The notes beneath the pieces are model-generated. The model did not search any database. It saw only the letters and a list, made by a program, of their open reading frames with translations, and was not told the DNA's origin. A program made the position numbers and the translations under genes. A stretch of 64,000 nucleotides of DNA from a virus (taxonomy: Duplodnaviria > Caudoviricetes), in the IMG/VR virus record IMGVR_UViG_3300044627_003892. One strand, 5' to 3'. Shown one piece after another: positions 27,904-38,056 of the stretch (position 1 is the stretch's first letter; every line of letters begins with the position of its first letter).

Positions 27904-28116
27904 ATGGCAAAAGGTTCATCAAAAGGTATCTACACCTCTAAAGTAGGTTTCTACGACATTTACAAAACTTTACCAAGTCCAAAAGGTGGTTCAGTTGAAT
28001 TCGTTATTTACCATTCAAAGAAATTAGTGGCTAAAGGTTTAAAACAGAAAGAAGAAGCAGTTGAAAAATGTTTGTCGTTACTTGGAGCAAAATACAAATC
28101 AGTCTACGGTCTATAA
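27904..28116 (+). CDS. small basic hypothetical protein
   Basis: 70 aa; A-rich leader typical of Bacteroidota. Confidence 0.65.
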   Translation: MAKGSSKGIYTSKVGFYDIYKTLPSPKGGSVEFVIYHSKKLVAKGLKQKEEAVEKCLSLLGAKYKSVYGL

Positions 28117-28149
28117 AAACGTATCCGTCCTGAAACGATAACAATAAAT

Positions 28150-28177
28150 AAAAAACCCCTAATTCAAGGGGTTTTTT
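28150..28177. terminator. bidirectional intrinsic terminator
   Basis: aaaaaacccct-aattca-aggggtttttt between convergent genes. Confidence 0.8.
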
Positions 28178-28182
28178 AATGT

Positions 28183-28482
28183 TTATTTTCTTTTCTTTTT
28201 AGCTCTTCCATCACAATGGGCTCTCTGACTGAATCCTCTTGGAGCGTTACAGTTAATACTTCTCTTGTATTCATCTGTCCACTTCTCCATGATTTGTTCC
28301 AACTCATCAATATAATCAAACTTCTGTTTGAAGGATGGGTGGTCTTTCATATCATCCCCATGAACATCGTCGTTGTAATCAGTATCAGCCTTCTCATCGT
28401 AAGGTTCTGACACATCTTTAGACTCTCTGATAACTCCCATCATCTGTCTAATTTTTCCAAGTTGTTCTGTTAGTTTTGTCAT
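28183..28482 (-). CDS. phage protein with C-terminal SINC..PRGFSQRAHC motif
   Basis: Motif recalled from large-phage hypothetical proteins; leader-like LTEQLGKIRQMM. Confidence 0.65.
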   Translation of the reverse strand: MTKLTEQLGKIRQMMGVIRESKDVSEPYDEKADTDYNDDVHGDDMKDHPSFKQKFDYIDELEQIMEKWTDEYKRSINCNAPRGFSQRAHCDGRAKKKRK

Positions 28483-28523
28483 ACCAATAAATATTTGGAT
28501 GAACCTAAATTGTGATAAATCTA

Positions 28524-29120
28524 TTACACAATATCTTTTGTTTCAATCAATGTATATGTAAAACGATTTCCGTGAATGTCTTTTGACTTACGACAAATCT
28601 TCATAAACTCTTCAAAGTCCGCAGCCTTCTTAAAGACCTGACATCCTTCAGACCAATTCTCAACATATGTTGAATCAGCACCTGCCTTGTGAATGTTAAT
28701 ACCATAAACACCTTCAGTGATTTTGTTCTCATCATAAGTCATATCTTTATTGGCATCACGATAAACTTTAACCGCTCTATCCTGTCCCAAAGCTTCGTAC
28801 TTACCCTGATGTAATCTGATAATATGTGAACCACGGTATTGACCTTCAACCAAACGAGCAACACCATCTTTGTTGTGGTATTCCATTACACCCTTCTTAC
28901 CTGGGTCAGTCGTTGCCGGCCAAACGTGACACTTCCATTGTCCATTCTCTTTGTAAGAAATAGTTAAATAATCATCAAAAGCATTTGTAACCTTTTGTCC
29001 TGTTGCAGTGTTTCTGATTCCAACGATGTTAACATCGTAACCTTTATTAGCAGTATCTTCAAACCATACATAACCTTTTGATTTTACCGCAGTTTCAATT
29101 TGTTCTTTTGTGTAACTCAT
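28524..29120 (-). CDS. putative endolysin / YkuD-like cell-wall enzyme
   Basis: GINIHKAG...WSEGCQV His/Cys motif. Confidence 0.55.
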   Translation of the reverse strand: MSYTKEQIETAVKSKGYVWFEDTANKGYDVNIVGIRNTATGQKVTNAFDDYLTISYKENGQWKCHVWPATTDPGKKGVMEYHNKDGVARLVEGQYRGSHIIRLHQGKYEALGQDRAVKVYRDANKDMTYDENKITEGVYGINIHKAGADSTYVENWSEGCQVFKKAADFEEFMKICRKSKDIHGNRFTYTLIETKDIV

Positions 29121-29160
29121 AGTATATTTGTTTTACTATAAGTATTTATATAATAAGAAA

Positions 29161-29517
29161 ATGACATACGGAGAACACTTAAAAAATCATATTGAAAGGA
29201 TATTACCTAAAGCCTTGTCAAAGTTTGAACAGGATAAAGGTTTTAATCTTCCTAATATTAGGATTAATCGTATTGAAGCTTATCCGTCTAAACAAGAATG
29301 GATGAGAGGTAATATTGTTTTCGGAAGTGTCTTTGTCGATGTAAGTGTTGATATTAAAGATGGTAGAATGGGTAAACTTAAATCTTTTTTAACCAATCTT
29401 ATTTCCAACGCAATGGACTCACTTAATTACAAATACGACAATATATATCTTAATATAGAACAATCAGATGATTTGATAGAAGAGTCAATCAAAAAGGAAC
29501 TCAGAAAATTGAGATAA
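29161..29517 (+). CDS. hypothetical protein
   Basis: Start MTYGEH after TATTTAT. Confidence 0.6.
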   Translation: MTYGEHLKNHIERILPKALSKFEQDKGFNLPNIRINRIEAYPSKQEWMRGNIVFGSVFVDVSVDIKDGRMGKLKSFLTNLISNAMDSLNYKYDNIYLNIEQSDDLIEESIKKELRKLR

Positions 29518-29653
29518 GAATAAAGTAGATTACCAAAGCAAAAAGGTAATGAAATACAAACTCACCCAACTCTTCCTTGAATGTTGGTTTTTCTTTAGTT
29601 GTTAGTAACCTAACAAACCTTGCAATCACTACCCACAATAATACATTTATCAC
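29501..29653 (-). CDS. 50-aa two-TM membrane protein (not in ORF track)
   Basis: GTG start overlapping the upstream stop; MINVLLWVVIARFVRLL...FVFHYLFALVIYFILISIF. Confidence 0.4.
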   Translation of the reverse strand: MINVLLWVVIARFVRLLTTKEKPTFKEELGEFVFHYLFALVIYFILISIF

Positions 29654-29982
29654 TCAGAATATTTTTTTATATCAGTAATTAAACCATCATCATCAATCAC
29701 AATACCAAATTTTTTAGCAGAAGTATAAACCGTTTTGTTCTGTTTCTTCTTATCTATCTTCTCAACAAATAGATAATCTAGATTATATTTTTTAACACCA
29801 CTAGTTGTTTCATAATAATATTTAGGGTCAGAATACCTTAAATTAATATCATAATCCTTACAATCATTACATGGTTTAGATGTTATTGTCCAACCTTGTT
29901 TAACAATTTCTTCATCATATAAATCCAAAAAATCATCCAACTTGGACTTCAAACCATAATAATCATACTTCATATCAAACAA
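29650..29982 (-). CDS. hypothetical protein
   Basis: 110 aa. Confidence 0.6.
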   Translation of the reverse strand: MFDMKYDYYGLKSKLDDFLDLYDEEIVKQGWTITSKPCNDCKDYDINLRYSDPKYYYETTSGVKKYNLDYLFVEKIDKKKQNKTVYTSAKKFGIVIDDDGLITDIKKYSE

Positions 29983-30283
29983 AATTTAACAAGTTTTTAT
30001 TTTGTGGTCTATAGTCAACATAAACCCTTAAATGATGAATCTGTCTTTCAGGATTAATTATTTTTAAAAAGGTTTTCAAATCATTTTCAACCTCTTCTAA
30101 AACTTCATATCTGTGGAAATAAACTTCAAACGGTATCTTTTTCATTATAAAATGAATCTTGAAGTAAATCTCATCCATGTATTCAATAGACAGACATTCA
30201 AATGGAAGATTGTATTTAGTAAGAATATTCTCTTTAACTTGTTTGAGGAAGAATAAATCATTCTTCTTCAACAAATCAATCAT
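29975..30283 (-). CDS. hypothetical protein
   Basis: 102 aa. Confidence 0.6.
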   Translation of the reverse strand: MIDLLKKNDLFFLKQVKENILTKYNLPFECLSIEYMDEIYFKIHFIMKKIPFEVYFHRYEVLEEVENDLKTFLKIINPERQIHHLRVYVDYRPQNKNLLNFV

Positions 30284-30719
30284 TATTATGTTTTTCGTCT
30301 AAAGAAAGTAACCCCTTACCATATTTTTCGTATCTTTCGTAGTATCTGTCCTTAACATATTGGTGAATCGGGATTGCCTTACCATCACCATCTATTCTTA
30401 CAAATGTTATGAATGTTTGTGTAACAGCTTCTTGTTTACCAGTATGAACATTATGTTTCCTAACTTCAATATATAATTTGATTGATGTCGTTCCAAACTT
30501 CTCTACCTTACCATAAATCTTTAATAGACTTCCAATCTTAACAGGACTTTTGAAAATTAACTCATCAATCTTAATCGTGACCATTCTTGATGTATCACAT
30601 ATCTGTGCTGCGTATGATGCTGCCGAGTCGTCAATTAGAGACATTATCGTCCCACCGAACATGTTGTCGTGAACTCCGATATCACTCTTTTTACATATGT
30701 AAGTTGTTATTAATTCCAT
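30276..30719 (-). CDS. acyl-CoA thioesterase (hot-dog fold, YciA-like)
   Basis: NMFGGTIMSLID, FKSPVKIG, FGTTSI, TFVRID. Confidence 0.8.
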   Translation of the reverse strand: MELITTYICKKSDIGVHDNMFGGTIMSLIDDSAASYAAQICDTSRMVTIKIDELIFKSPVKIGSLLKIYGKVEKFGTTSIKLYIEVRKHNVHTGKQEAVTQTFITFVRIDGDGKAIPIHQYVKDRYYERYEKYGKGLLSLDEKHNND

Positions 30720-31744
30720 TAAACATTTTGAACTGAAAAATTGGCTTCAGCCTGATTGATTGATTCTGTTATTACTTTCATAATTTTGTACGGGTCAGCG
30801 TTTGCTGCAGGTCTTCTATCCTCAACATAACCTTTCCAATTACTATTCACAGTTGTTTGTGGAACTCTTATGGAAGCACCTCTATCAGAGATACCGTAAC
30901 TGAATTTACTAATAGACTGAGTTTCGTGTTTACCAGTTAACCTGAAATGATTGTTTGAACCATAGTTTTCAATATGTTTTTGGTGGTTCATTTCAAAGAA
31001 ATTAAATATTGTTTCAAAATATTCTTTCCCACCAATTTCTCTCATCTTTTTGTTTGAGAAGTTTGTATGTAATCCTGAACCATTCCATTCACCATACATC
31101 AAAGGTTTTGGGTCGTATACTACTTCTACTTTATATGTTTCACAAAGTCTTTGTAATAAAAATCTACACAACCAAAGTTGGTCACAAGAATCTAACGTAC
31201 CTTTACCCATCACTTGGAACTCCCATTGTCCAAGTGCCACCTCAGCGTTAATACCTGTAACATTAAGTCCTGAGGATAAACAAACGTCTAAGTGATGTTC
31301 AACAATATCTCTAGCGACAACGTTCTCATAACCAATACCACAATAATACTCACCTTGTGGTCTCATTGTCACATCTTTAGTATGACCTAAAGGTAATTTG
31401 TTACTCCAAAGGAAATACTCCTGTTCAAACCCAACCCAAGTGTTTGAGTCGTCTTTAATCAATGAACGAGTATTAGAACTATGCGGTGTCATGTCAGGGT
31501 TAAGAACCTCACACAATACCAAATAACCATTCTTTCTCTGTGGGTCTCTGATTATTTTTACAGGTTTTAAAAGACAATCTGAATAGTTACCTTCCGCCTG
31601 ATTTGTTGATGAACCATCAAAGTTCCATATTGGGAGTGATTCTAATTCTGGTTCAGTTTCTGATGTTAAAACTTTTGTTTTACTTCTTAAGTTTGGTTCA
31701 GGAGTATATCCGTCCAACCAAATGTATTCTAACTTATATATCAT
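30719..31744 (-). CDS. glnII: glutamine synthetase type II
   Basis: LEYIWLDG, WNFDGSST, GFEQEY, QWEFQ, WNGSGLHTNFS, RGASIRVP, YVEDRRPAAN. Confidence 0.92.
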   Translation of the reverse strand: MIYKLEYIWLDGYTPEPNLRSKTKVLTSETEPELESLPIWNFDGSSTNQAEGNYSDCLLKPVKIIRDPQRKNGYLVLCEVLNPDMTPHSSNTRSLIKDDSNTWVGFEQEYFLWSNKLPLGHTKDVTMRPQGEYYCGIGYENVVARDIVEHHLDVCLSSGLNVTGINAEVALGQWEFQVMGKGTLDSCDQLWLCRFLLQRLCETYKVEVVYDPKPLMYGEWNGSGLHTNFSNKKMREIGGKEYFETIFNFFEMNHQKHIENYGSNNHFRLTGKHETQSISKFSYGISDRGASIRVPQTTVNSNWKGYVEDRRPAANADPYKIMKVITESINQAEANFSVQNV

Positions 31745-31964
31745 ATTGTATCAATTTCAGGTATTCCGAGTTCATAATACGCTTTCTCAAAAGAATCGTA
31801 AAATAAAATTCCTTCGTTATCTCTATACTTTTTTGCAAGTTCAAATAATTCCTTGTACATATCTTTAGAATATGCCTCATGTATTATTTCTTCAATAAAA
31901 TCAGAACTGTTTACACTCATAGTTAAAATATAAAATAAAGTATTATTTTTGTCAAAGGTTAATG

Positions 31965-32831
31965 TTAAATTCTATCAATTAAACCTCTAAGATATTTTCC
32001 GTAATTGTTCTTGTGGTATTTCTCAGCAAAATAGATAAGTTCACCTTTGTTAATCCACTTGTTTAGATAAGCAATCTCTTCAATACACCCAATCTTTAAC
32101 CCTTGTCTCTCCTCAATACTCTGAACATAGTTTGACGCTTGCATAAGTGATTCAAAGGTCCCTGTGTCAAGCCATGCGGTTCCTCTTTCAAGGATATGAA
32201 CCTTTAACATGTTCCTTTCAAGATAATCTCTATTAACATCTGTAATCTCAAGTTCACCTCTCCAAGATGGTTTAATCTCCTTGGCAATCTGTATCACACT
32301 ATTGTCGTAGAAGTATAAACCTGGCACAGCATAATTTGATTTTGGGATTGTTGGTTTCTCATCCAAACTAACTACATTACATTCCTCATCAAACTCAACC
32401 ACACCATATCTTTCAGGGTCATGAACATGATATGCAAATATCATTGAACCATGGATGTTCTTAATCGATTTCTTTATCTTCCTGATATCCAATCCTGAGA
32501 ATATATTATCACCAAGAACCAACGCAACACTATCATCACCAATGAAGTCTTCACCTATGATAAACGCTTGTGCTAGTCCATCAGGTGATGGTTGTATTCT
32601 ATATGTTAGGTTAATACCAAACTGAGTTCCATCACCTAATAGTTGTTCAAATAGATGTTTATCGTTTGGTGTGCAGATTATCAATATATCTTTGATACCC
32701 AAAGACATAAGGGTTGATAAGGGATAGTATATCATCGGCTTATCGTAAATTGGTAACAATTGTTTTGTTACTGAAATAGTTAAAGGGTGTAGTCTTGTTC
32801 CTGAACCACCTGCTAAAATTATTCCTTTCAT
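31965..32831 (-). CDS. rfbA: glucose-1-phosphate thymidylyltransferase
   Basis: [37 protein letters not shown]. Confidence 0.95.
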   Translation of the reverse strand: MKGIILAGGSGTRLHPLTISVTKQLLPIYDKPMIYYPLSTLMSLGIKDILIICTPNDKHLFEQLLGDGTQFGINLTYRIQPSPDGLAQAFIIGEDFIGDDSVALVLGDNIFSGLDIRKIKKSIKNIHGSMIFAYHVHDPERYGVVEFDEECNVVSLDEKPTIPKSNYAVPGLYFYDNSVIQIAKEIKPSWRGELEITDVNRDYLERNMLKVHILERGTAWLDTGTFESLMQASNYVQSIEERQGLKIGCIEEIAYLNKWINKGELIYFAEKYHKNNYGKYLRGLIDRI

Positions 32832-33455
32832 TTAATCAATTTTTTTAATTTCGTAGTAATAGTTATTTGAATCTTCAGACACCCATTTATCCGACTGAGC
32901 TTCAACTGATTCAATATGTGTATCAACTTTTAAAGTTGATGGTTCCATTGGGAATGGTTTAGTCACCCAGTTAGAATCCCTCCAATATATTCTGTTGTTA
33001 GGTTGACAAAGTAAATAACCATCATCACCAATTAAGATATGCCCACACTTATAATCAGATGGTTCATCAGAATATGGATTTTTATACCAGTCTACTGTCA
33101 TAAGATATGTTGCCCATATCTTTGAACCATCTTTTAACGCCACTTGACATCTTTTTTCATAAAGATAGTCATAGGTAATTACACTCACATTTTCAGAGAA
33201 ACAATCCCATAATTGTTTAAAATCAAATGGAATATCATTTTTAGGTATTTCCATAAAAATTTCAGATATCGGAACTCTTGACCTCAACATTCCATACTCA
33301 GTCATTACGTGGAATGTTAATATCTTACCAGCTAATGATTGAACCGCAAATGCGTAAGCTTTATGATAAGTGTCCTTATCTTCTTCATTTTTTGTAAAGT
33401 GTGATGCTCTAACATAACACTTAAATAATTCGATGTTTTCGTTTAATTTTGACAT
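32832..33455 (-). CDS. conserved phage hypothetical protein
   Basis: 207 aa; QPNNRI motif. Confidence 0.7.
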   Translation of the reverse strand: MSKLNENIELFKCYVRASHFTKNEEDKDTYHKAYAFAVQSLAGKILTFHVMTEYGMLRSRVPISEIFMEIPKNDIPFDFKQLWDCFSENVSVITYDYLYEKRCQVALKDGSKIWATYLMTVDWYKNPYSDEPSDYKCGHILIGDDGYLLCQPNNRIYWRDSNWVTKPFPMEPSTLKVDTHIESVEAQSDKWVSEDSNNYYYEIKKID

Positions 33456-33923
33456 TTAATCTTTTTTAATCCATTTATTTTCTGAGTCCAACTCAAACTC
33501 ACCAACATATTCTTGTTTCCATTCTGTTGGTTTGATAATTGATAAGAATAATTCCCCATCTTGTCTACGGTATAGGTAATATATTTCACCAATTATTGGT
33601 TGAAATTTATAATTAGAACCATAGACAACACTATTCCATTCAAACTCTTTGAGTAATTCGTCGTATTGTTCTTTGATTTCTTGATATTTCTTTTGGAAGT
33701 AATGGTTTGTCTTTAATATCCTCTCATTCTTCCATGTTGATATGTTGTCGGGCGTAATTACTGGTGCTCCAACATTTGTTGCGTATGGTAACAGGTGAGC
33801 GTAGTATCCACGTTCCTTACTCCATACAACATTGTCGGGGTATTTCTTTTCTTTTGGCATATCGTAAGACATTACGCTTGGTAAATCAGAATATTGACAC
33901 CATAAATCGTCAGTGTGTTCCAT
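33456..33923 (-). CDS. DUF2452-like protein
   Basis: LLPYATNVGAP, FQPIIGEIYYLY, LSII.P.EW. Confidence 0.55.
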   Translation of the reverse strand: MEHTDDLWCQYSDLPSVMSYDMPKEKKYPDNVVWSKERGYYAHLLPYATNVGAPVITPDNISTWKNERILKTNHYFQKKYQEIKEQYDELLKEFEWNSVVYGSNYKFQPIIGEIYYLYRRQDGELFLSIIKPTEWKQEYVGEFELDSENKWIKKD

Positions 33924-34104
33924 TTGTTAATGATATTCCGTGTTTTAGTCCCGTAATAAAATCTTGTAATTCACTTTCGGTGTGAATAAAATCACCCAAC
34001 ACAATACCTATCTCATTTCCAACATCAGAGACATCTCCGTTGTCGTAATTAACATTATCCAATTGAGTTTTGATACGATTTAATATGTGTGTGAAATTGT
34101 CCAT
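33910..34104 (-). CDS. hypothetical protein
   Basis: 64 aa; GNEIGI and GLKHGIS pattern. Confidence 0.6.
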   Translation of the reverse strand: MDNFTHILNRIKTQLDNVNYDNGDVSDVGNEIGIVLGDFIHTESELQDFITGLKHGISLTNGTH

Positions 34105-34264
34105 ATTATTCTGTGATTACAATCTTTAAACAATTATTTTTAATATACTCCTCGTCAAAGGTCTCTACACCTTGTGGATAAACACATAGATGTTTCATTT
34201 TTGTATCATATAAAACATCTGATGTGTCAATATAAGTTACAGGTTCTAATGTTGCGGTCATAGG

Positions 34265-35365
34265 TTAATTACTTAATGGTGCTTTAATTGTTGGGTGTGA
34301 TTGGTAGTTCTCCAAAATAACATCATTGACTGAACTACAGAATATTCCATCTCTAACACTAACCTTTGGTAAGTCGTATGGTTCTCTACCAATCTGTTCT
34401 TTCGCTTGTTCAATATGATTTAGGTAAATGTGAGTATCACCCAAGTTACCAATCAATTCGTCAGGAACCATATTCACTTCGTCAGCAATCATAGTCAATA
34501 ACAATCCATAACTTGCAATGTTGAATGGTAAACCTAAGAATGTATCTACCGACCTTTGATTCCACATTAAAGAGATTGCTCGTTTAGGTACATTTAAGTT
34601 ATCAAAGTACTCTTGTATATTAGGAACTTGAAGTTCAAGTGGAACCATTGTAGGGTCTAATTTTTCAAAATATAAAACATACCGTTCTTCCAAACTCAAC
34701 TCTCTTGTATAAACTTGAAATCCATAATGACAAGGTGGAAGAACCATTTGGTCTAATTCACCTACATTCCAAGCATTAACCATTAATCGTCTTGAGTCTG
34801 GGTTTGTTTTAAGTTCGGAGATTAGGTATGCAATTTGGTCTACTTGATGAGAAATATTTATAGAGTTAAGGTCAACTTCAATTTCCTCACCTTCTTTTAA
34901 GTTAACAAATCCTTCATCTAAACAGTTCCACTTTCTCCATTGCTTACCATAGATTGGACCTAACTCACCCCACTTCTTAGCAAACTCATTATCTGTTTTG
35001 ATTTTGTTGATGAATTTATCTTTATTGATAATAAATTCTGCTTCACCATTTTCAGGTAATGAATCTACGTATTTAGAAAAATTTCTAATGTAATTGGCAA
35101 AGCAGTCACCATCCCAAATATGACAATTGTTATCAACAAGGTATTTGATGTTGGTATCACCTGTTAAAAACCATAGTAATTCAGTTACCATAGTTTTCCA
35201 AGCCATCTTCTTGGTTGTAAGAAGTGGAAATCCATCTTTCATATTATGACGAATGGTGTAACCAAAAATTGATTTGGTTCCTGTACCAGTTCGGTCTTTC
35301 TTCTCCACCCCAAAATCTAAAATGGTTTGGAGTAATGTTTGATATTGTTTATCTAGGTTGTTCAT
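34265..35365 (-). CDS. thyA: thymidylate synthase with variable insertions
   Basis: DRTGTGT, FPLLTTKK, ELLWFL, LPPCH, QRSVDTFLGLPFNIASY, DTHIYLNH. Confidence 0.95.
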   Translation of the reverse strand: MNNLDKQYQTLLQTILDFGVEKKDRTGTGTKSIFGYTIRHNMKDGFPLLTTKKMAWKTMVTELLWFLTGDTNIKYLVDNNCHIWDGDCFANYIRNFSKYVDSLPENGEAEFIINKDKFINKIKTDNEFAKKWGELGPIYGKQWRKWNCLDEGFVNLKEGEEIEVDLNSINISHQVDQIAYLISELKTNPDSRRLMVNAWNVGELDQMVLPPCHYGFQVYTRELSLEERYVLYFEKLDPTMVPLELQVPNIQEYFDNLNVPKRAISLMWNQRSVDTFLGLPFNIASYGLLLTMIADEVNMVPDELIGNLGDTHIYLNHIEQAKEQIGREPYDLPKVSVRDGIFCSSVNDVILENYQSHPTIKAPLSN

Positions 35366-37722
35366 ATTGTTCTATTGTTTGTTCTAATTGATGAAACATT
35401 TGTTTGATGTGTTCACCTATAAGTTGAGGTTCAGCGTCTTTAATAAACTCTAATGTGAGAGCAGTGTTGGACTTAAACCATTGGGGTGTTTTGGATTGTT
35501 GTTCATGTCCTAATACTCCCTTATACTTTTTAAACGCAACATCATGCATTGTTACCATACAATCAAATCGTATTTCACAAAGTCGTCTTGTGTCAGCCTC
35601 CATTTCGGATACTGGTTTTATTTCAATTTCGTTATTCATAAATTTTAGTTTTCGCACCCTACTTCACCTGTTGTTCGGTTAAATACGTCATCTATCACAC
35701 TTTCAGCATGACCATCCAGTTTTAAAGCCAATTCAAAAGCTTCTCTGATTGCGTAAGGATAATTGCAATGTTTAGTGTCAATTTCTACAATGGCGGATTG
35801 TCTTGAATCAGCGTTGTTGTTGTTAATTATAATTTTCATAGTTATTTAGTTTTGTTTTTCTATTTCTTGTTTAACTTCTTGCCAATAAACTCTTCGAGAA
35901 TGTATTTGATTACTGTTTGCATTCCTTACATTTTGCATATAAGAATAATCATTATTTATTTCATCAACTACAATTAATGCGCTTTCTATGGCAATTTGTT
36001 TAGTTTCCGCACCTTTAAATACAAATTTCGTAAATAAATCTTCAGCTTTTTCTTTTGGTGTCATAATTTTTAGTAATTAAATCCGTTTTTGAATGATTCA
36101 TTATAGTCATCCCATCTTTTTCCCAACCAATTAAAAATTGATGTTAAAATCTTTTTTTTAATATTCATAGTTATTTAGTTTTTAGTATCACGTCCAAATT
36201 TGTTGAACCACTTATCTGCCTGTTCTTTGGGTGTCATCATCCAAAATCTTTAAAATTATTAGTTGCCACACCTACATAAGATAGAAATCCTCCAATGAAT
36301 AAAATAAAACAGAATCCGTAAGGAAATACACCTGTTTGGGATTCATACCATTGTGTGAAAATTGGTACTACTAATGAACTAATTAATGTTAGTGCGAACA
36401 TTATATATAGTTTTGTTGCTTTACTCATCGTCACCTCCAAATTTTTCGTTGTAGTACTTCTTAAAAGCATCTTCAGATTCTGAATTGTCTAAACCTTTCA
36501 TTTTTTCAATAGCATACTTAAGCGCGTTTACCCAAGTAAGTGCGTGTTGATACTCTTGACCTTTACTGTTATCCGAAGATTCAACTTCCACTTCTTTACT
36601 CTTGTAATAATCTTCAATAGACTCATACTTAAAATAAACACCATCGTGTTTAACAGCACATATCTGTGCCTCTTTAAATATATCAGCCTCTTGCTCCTTC
36701 TCCATTTGCTTGGCTTGGTCACGTATTTTCTTTCTTTCAATCCAATAATTTTTATGCCCTCCAAAATCAATATCGAGTTCAATTAATCTATTCTCATACC
36801 AATCAACCGCAGTTTGTTTTTTCATAATGTTGAGATTTTAACGAATACAATTATAAATGTTATTACTATTGCAACAATAGATAATTCTAGCCCAAGAGAT
36901 GGGTCTTCTTGAGTTTTTGAGTAATCATCATACTTATTTTTTTCCATAGTTATTTAAATTTGTTTTTATTTCTTTTACAAATATATTACTACTTCTATAA
37001 TTTCCCAATACGTATTTTTACGTATTAAATTCAGTATCGTCAGGAGTTTCCTCAATATAAGGCTGATTTTCCAATGGTTCAATTACGATGTTGATTGCCT
37101 CAGGATAATGATGTCCTCTCTCAGAGTTAAGATATATTGATGCAAGACCTACCACTTCATTATTGATGTAATGTCTATTCTTACCTTTACCTTTTAGTAT
37201 TTCGTGGTCCATTGAAACATCGTTCCAATCTCTCAATACAAGTCCACGACCACCAGGTTCCTTGTAATGTAACCTAATGATGTTGTTGTGACTAAAGTTC
37301 TTAATAAATTCTCCTAATTTCATATTATTTTTCCTTATTTAAATGATGTCTTCCAATCCATCAATTTCATTTCTTAATGTGTTAATCTTTGAAAGGACAT
37401 ACTCCTCAAGCTCGTAAGATATCTCCAAATACTTTCTTCTCAATTCGTGGAACTTTTCATCCTGAACTTCTTTGAATGATGAATAATGTTTGAAACAGTA
37501 ATGGAAACCTTCATTCTCCATTCTATAACGAACCATTTCAAACTCTTCAAGTTGTTCATCTAAATTATTTTTCCTGTTTTCAAAACCCATTTTAATTCGT
37601 TTAGCCAATTCAACATTCCACTCTTCAAAGGTAAGAGTTGAGCCAGGGTTGTCTTCCAAAAACTTCCAATATTGTGATTCAAGTGTTGCCATATTATTCA
37701 AAAACTTGTATTTTAGTTTCAA
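35349..37722 (-). other. cluster of short hypothetical ORFs (35349-35657, 35645-35839, 35846-36064, 36237-36470, 36421-36825, 37018-37323, 37339-37722 and micro-ORFs)
   Basis: Tightly packed co-directional ORFs, no recognisable domains. Confidence 0.6.
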
Positions 37723-38056
37723 TTTCTTTTAGTTCCGTCCAATTACCCAAATAAGTAACCGCTCTTACCTTACGATTATCAATCCAAATGTATTCCTGTC
37801 CATCTTTGATTCTTGGTTTATCCATAACCAACCCGTGATATTTAAATCCATTATCACCCAACCAAGTTTCAGTAACATCCCTATCTTTACTCTCACGTGC
37901 AGTGAAAAATGTTATGACGTTTCCTTCATCATACCACTTATTAATTATCCTTAATGCGTCAGGATAACACTTTGCCGTTGGATATAAATGTGACTCCTCA
38001 TTTTTTATATCATCACATATTGTCCCGTCAATATCAATTAAAAAAACTCTATTCAT
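37694..38056 (-). CDS. HAD-superfamily phosphatase (small phage type)
   Basis: FLIDIDGTI (DxD), FFTAR, MDKP, WIDNR. Confidence 0.75.
   Translation of the reverse strand: MNRVFLIDIDGTICDDIKNEESHLYPTAKCYPDALRIINKWYDEGNVITFFTARESKDRDVTETWLGDNGFKYHGLVMDKPRIKDGQEYIWIDNRKVRAVTYLGNWTELKEIETKIQVFE

Noticed and set aside
34265-35365. ThyA as a dCMP hydroxymethylase (modified-base pathway)
   Set aside because: It retains the Asn in PFNIASY that specifies dUMP, so it is treated as an ordinary thymidylate synthase.
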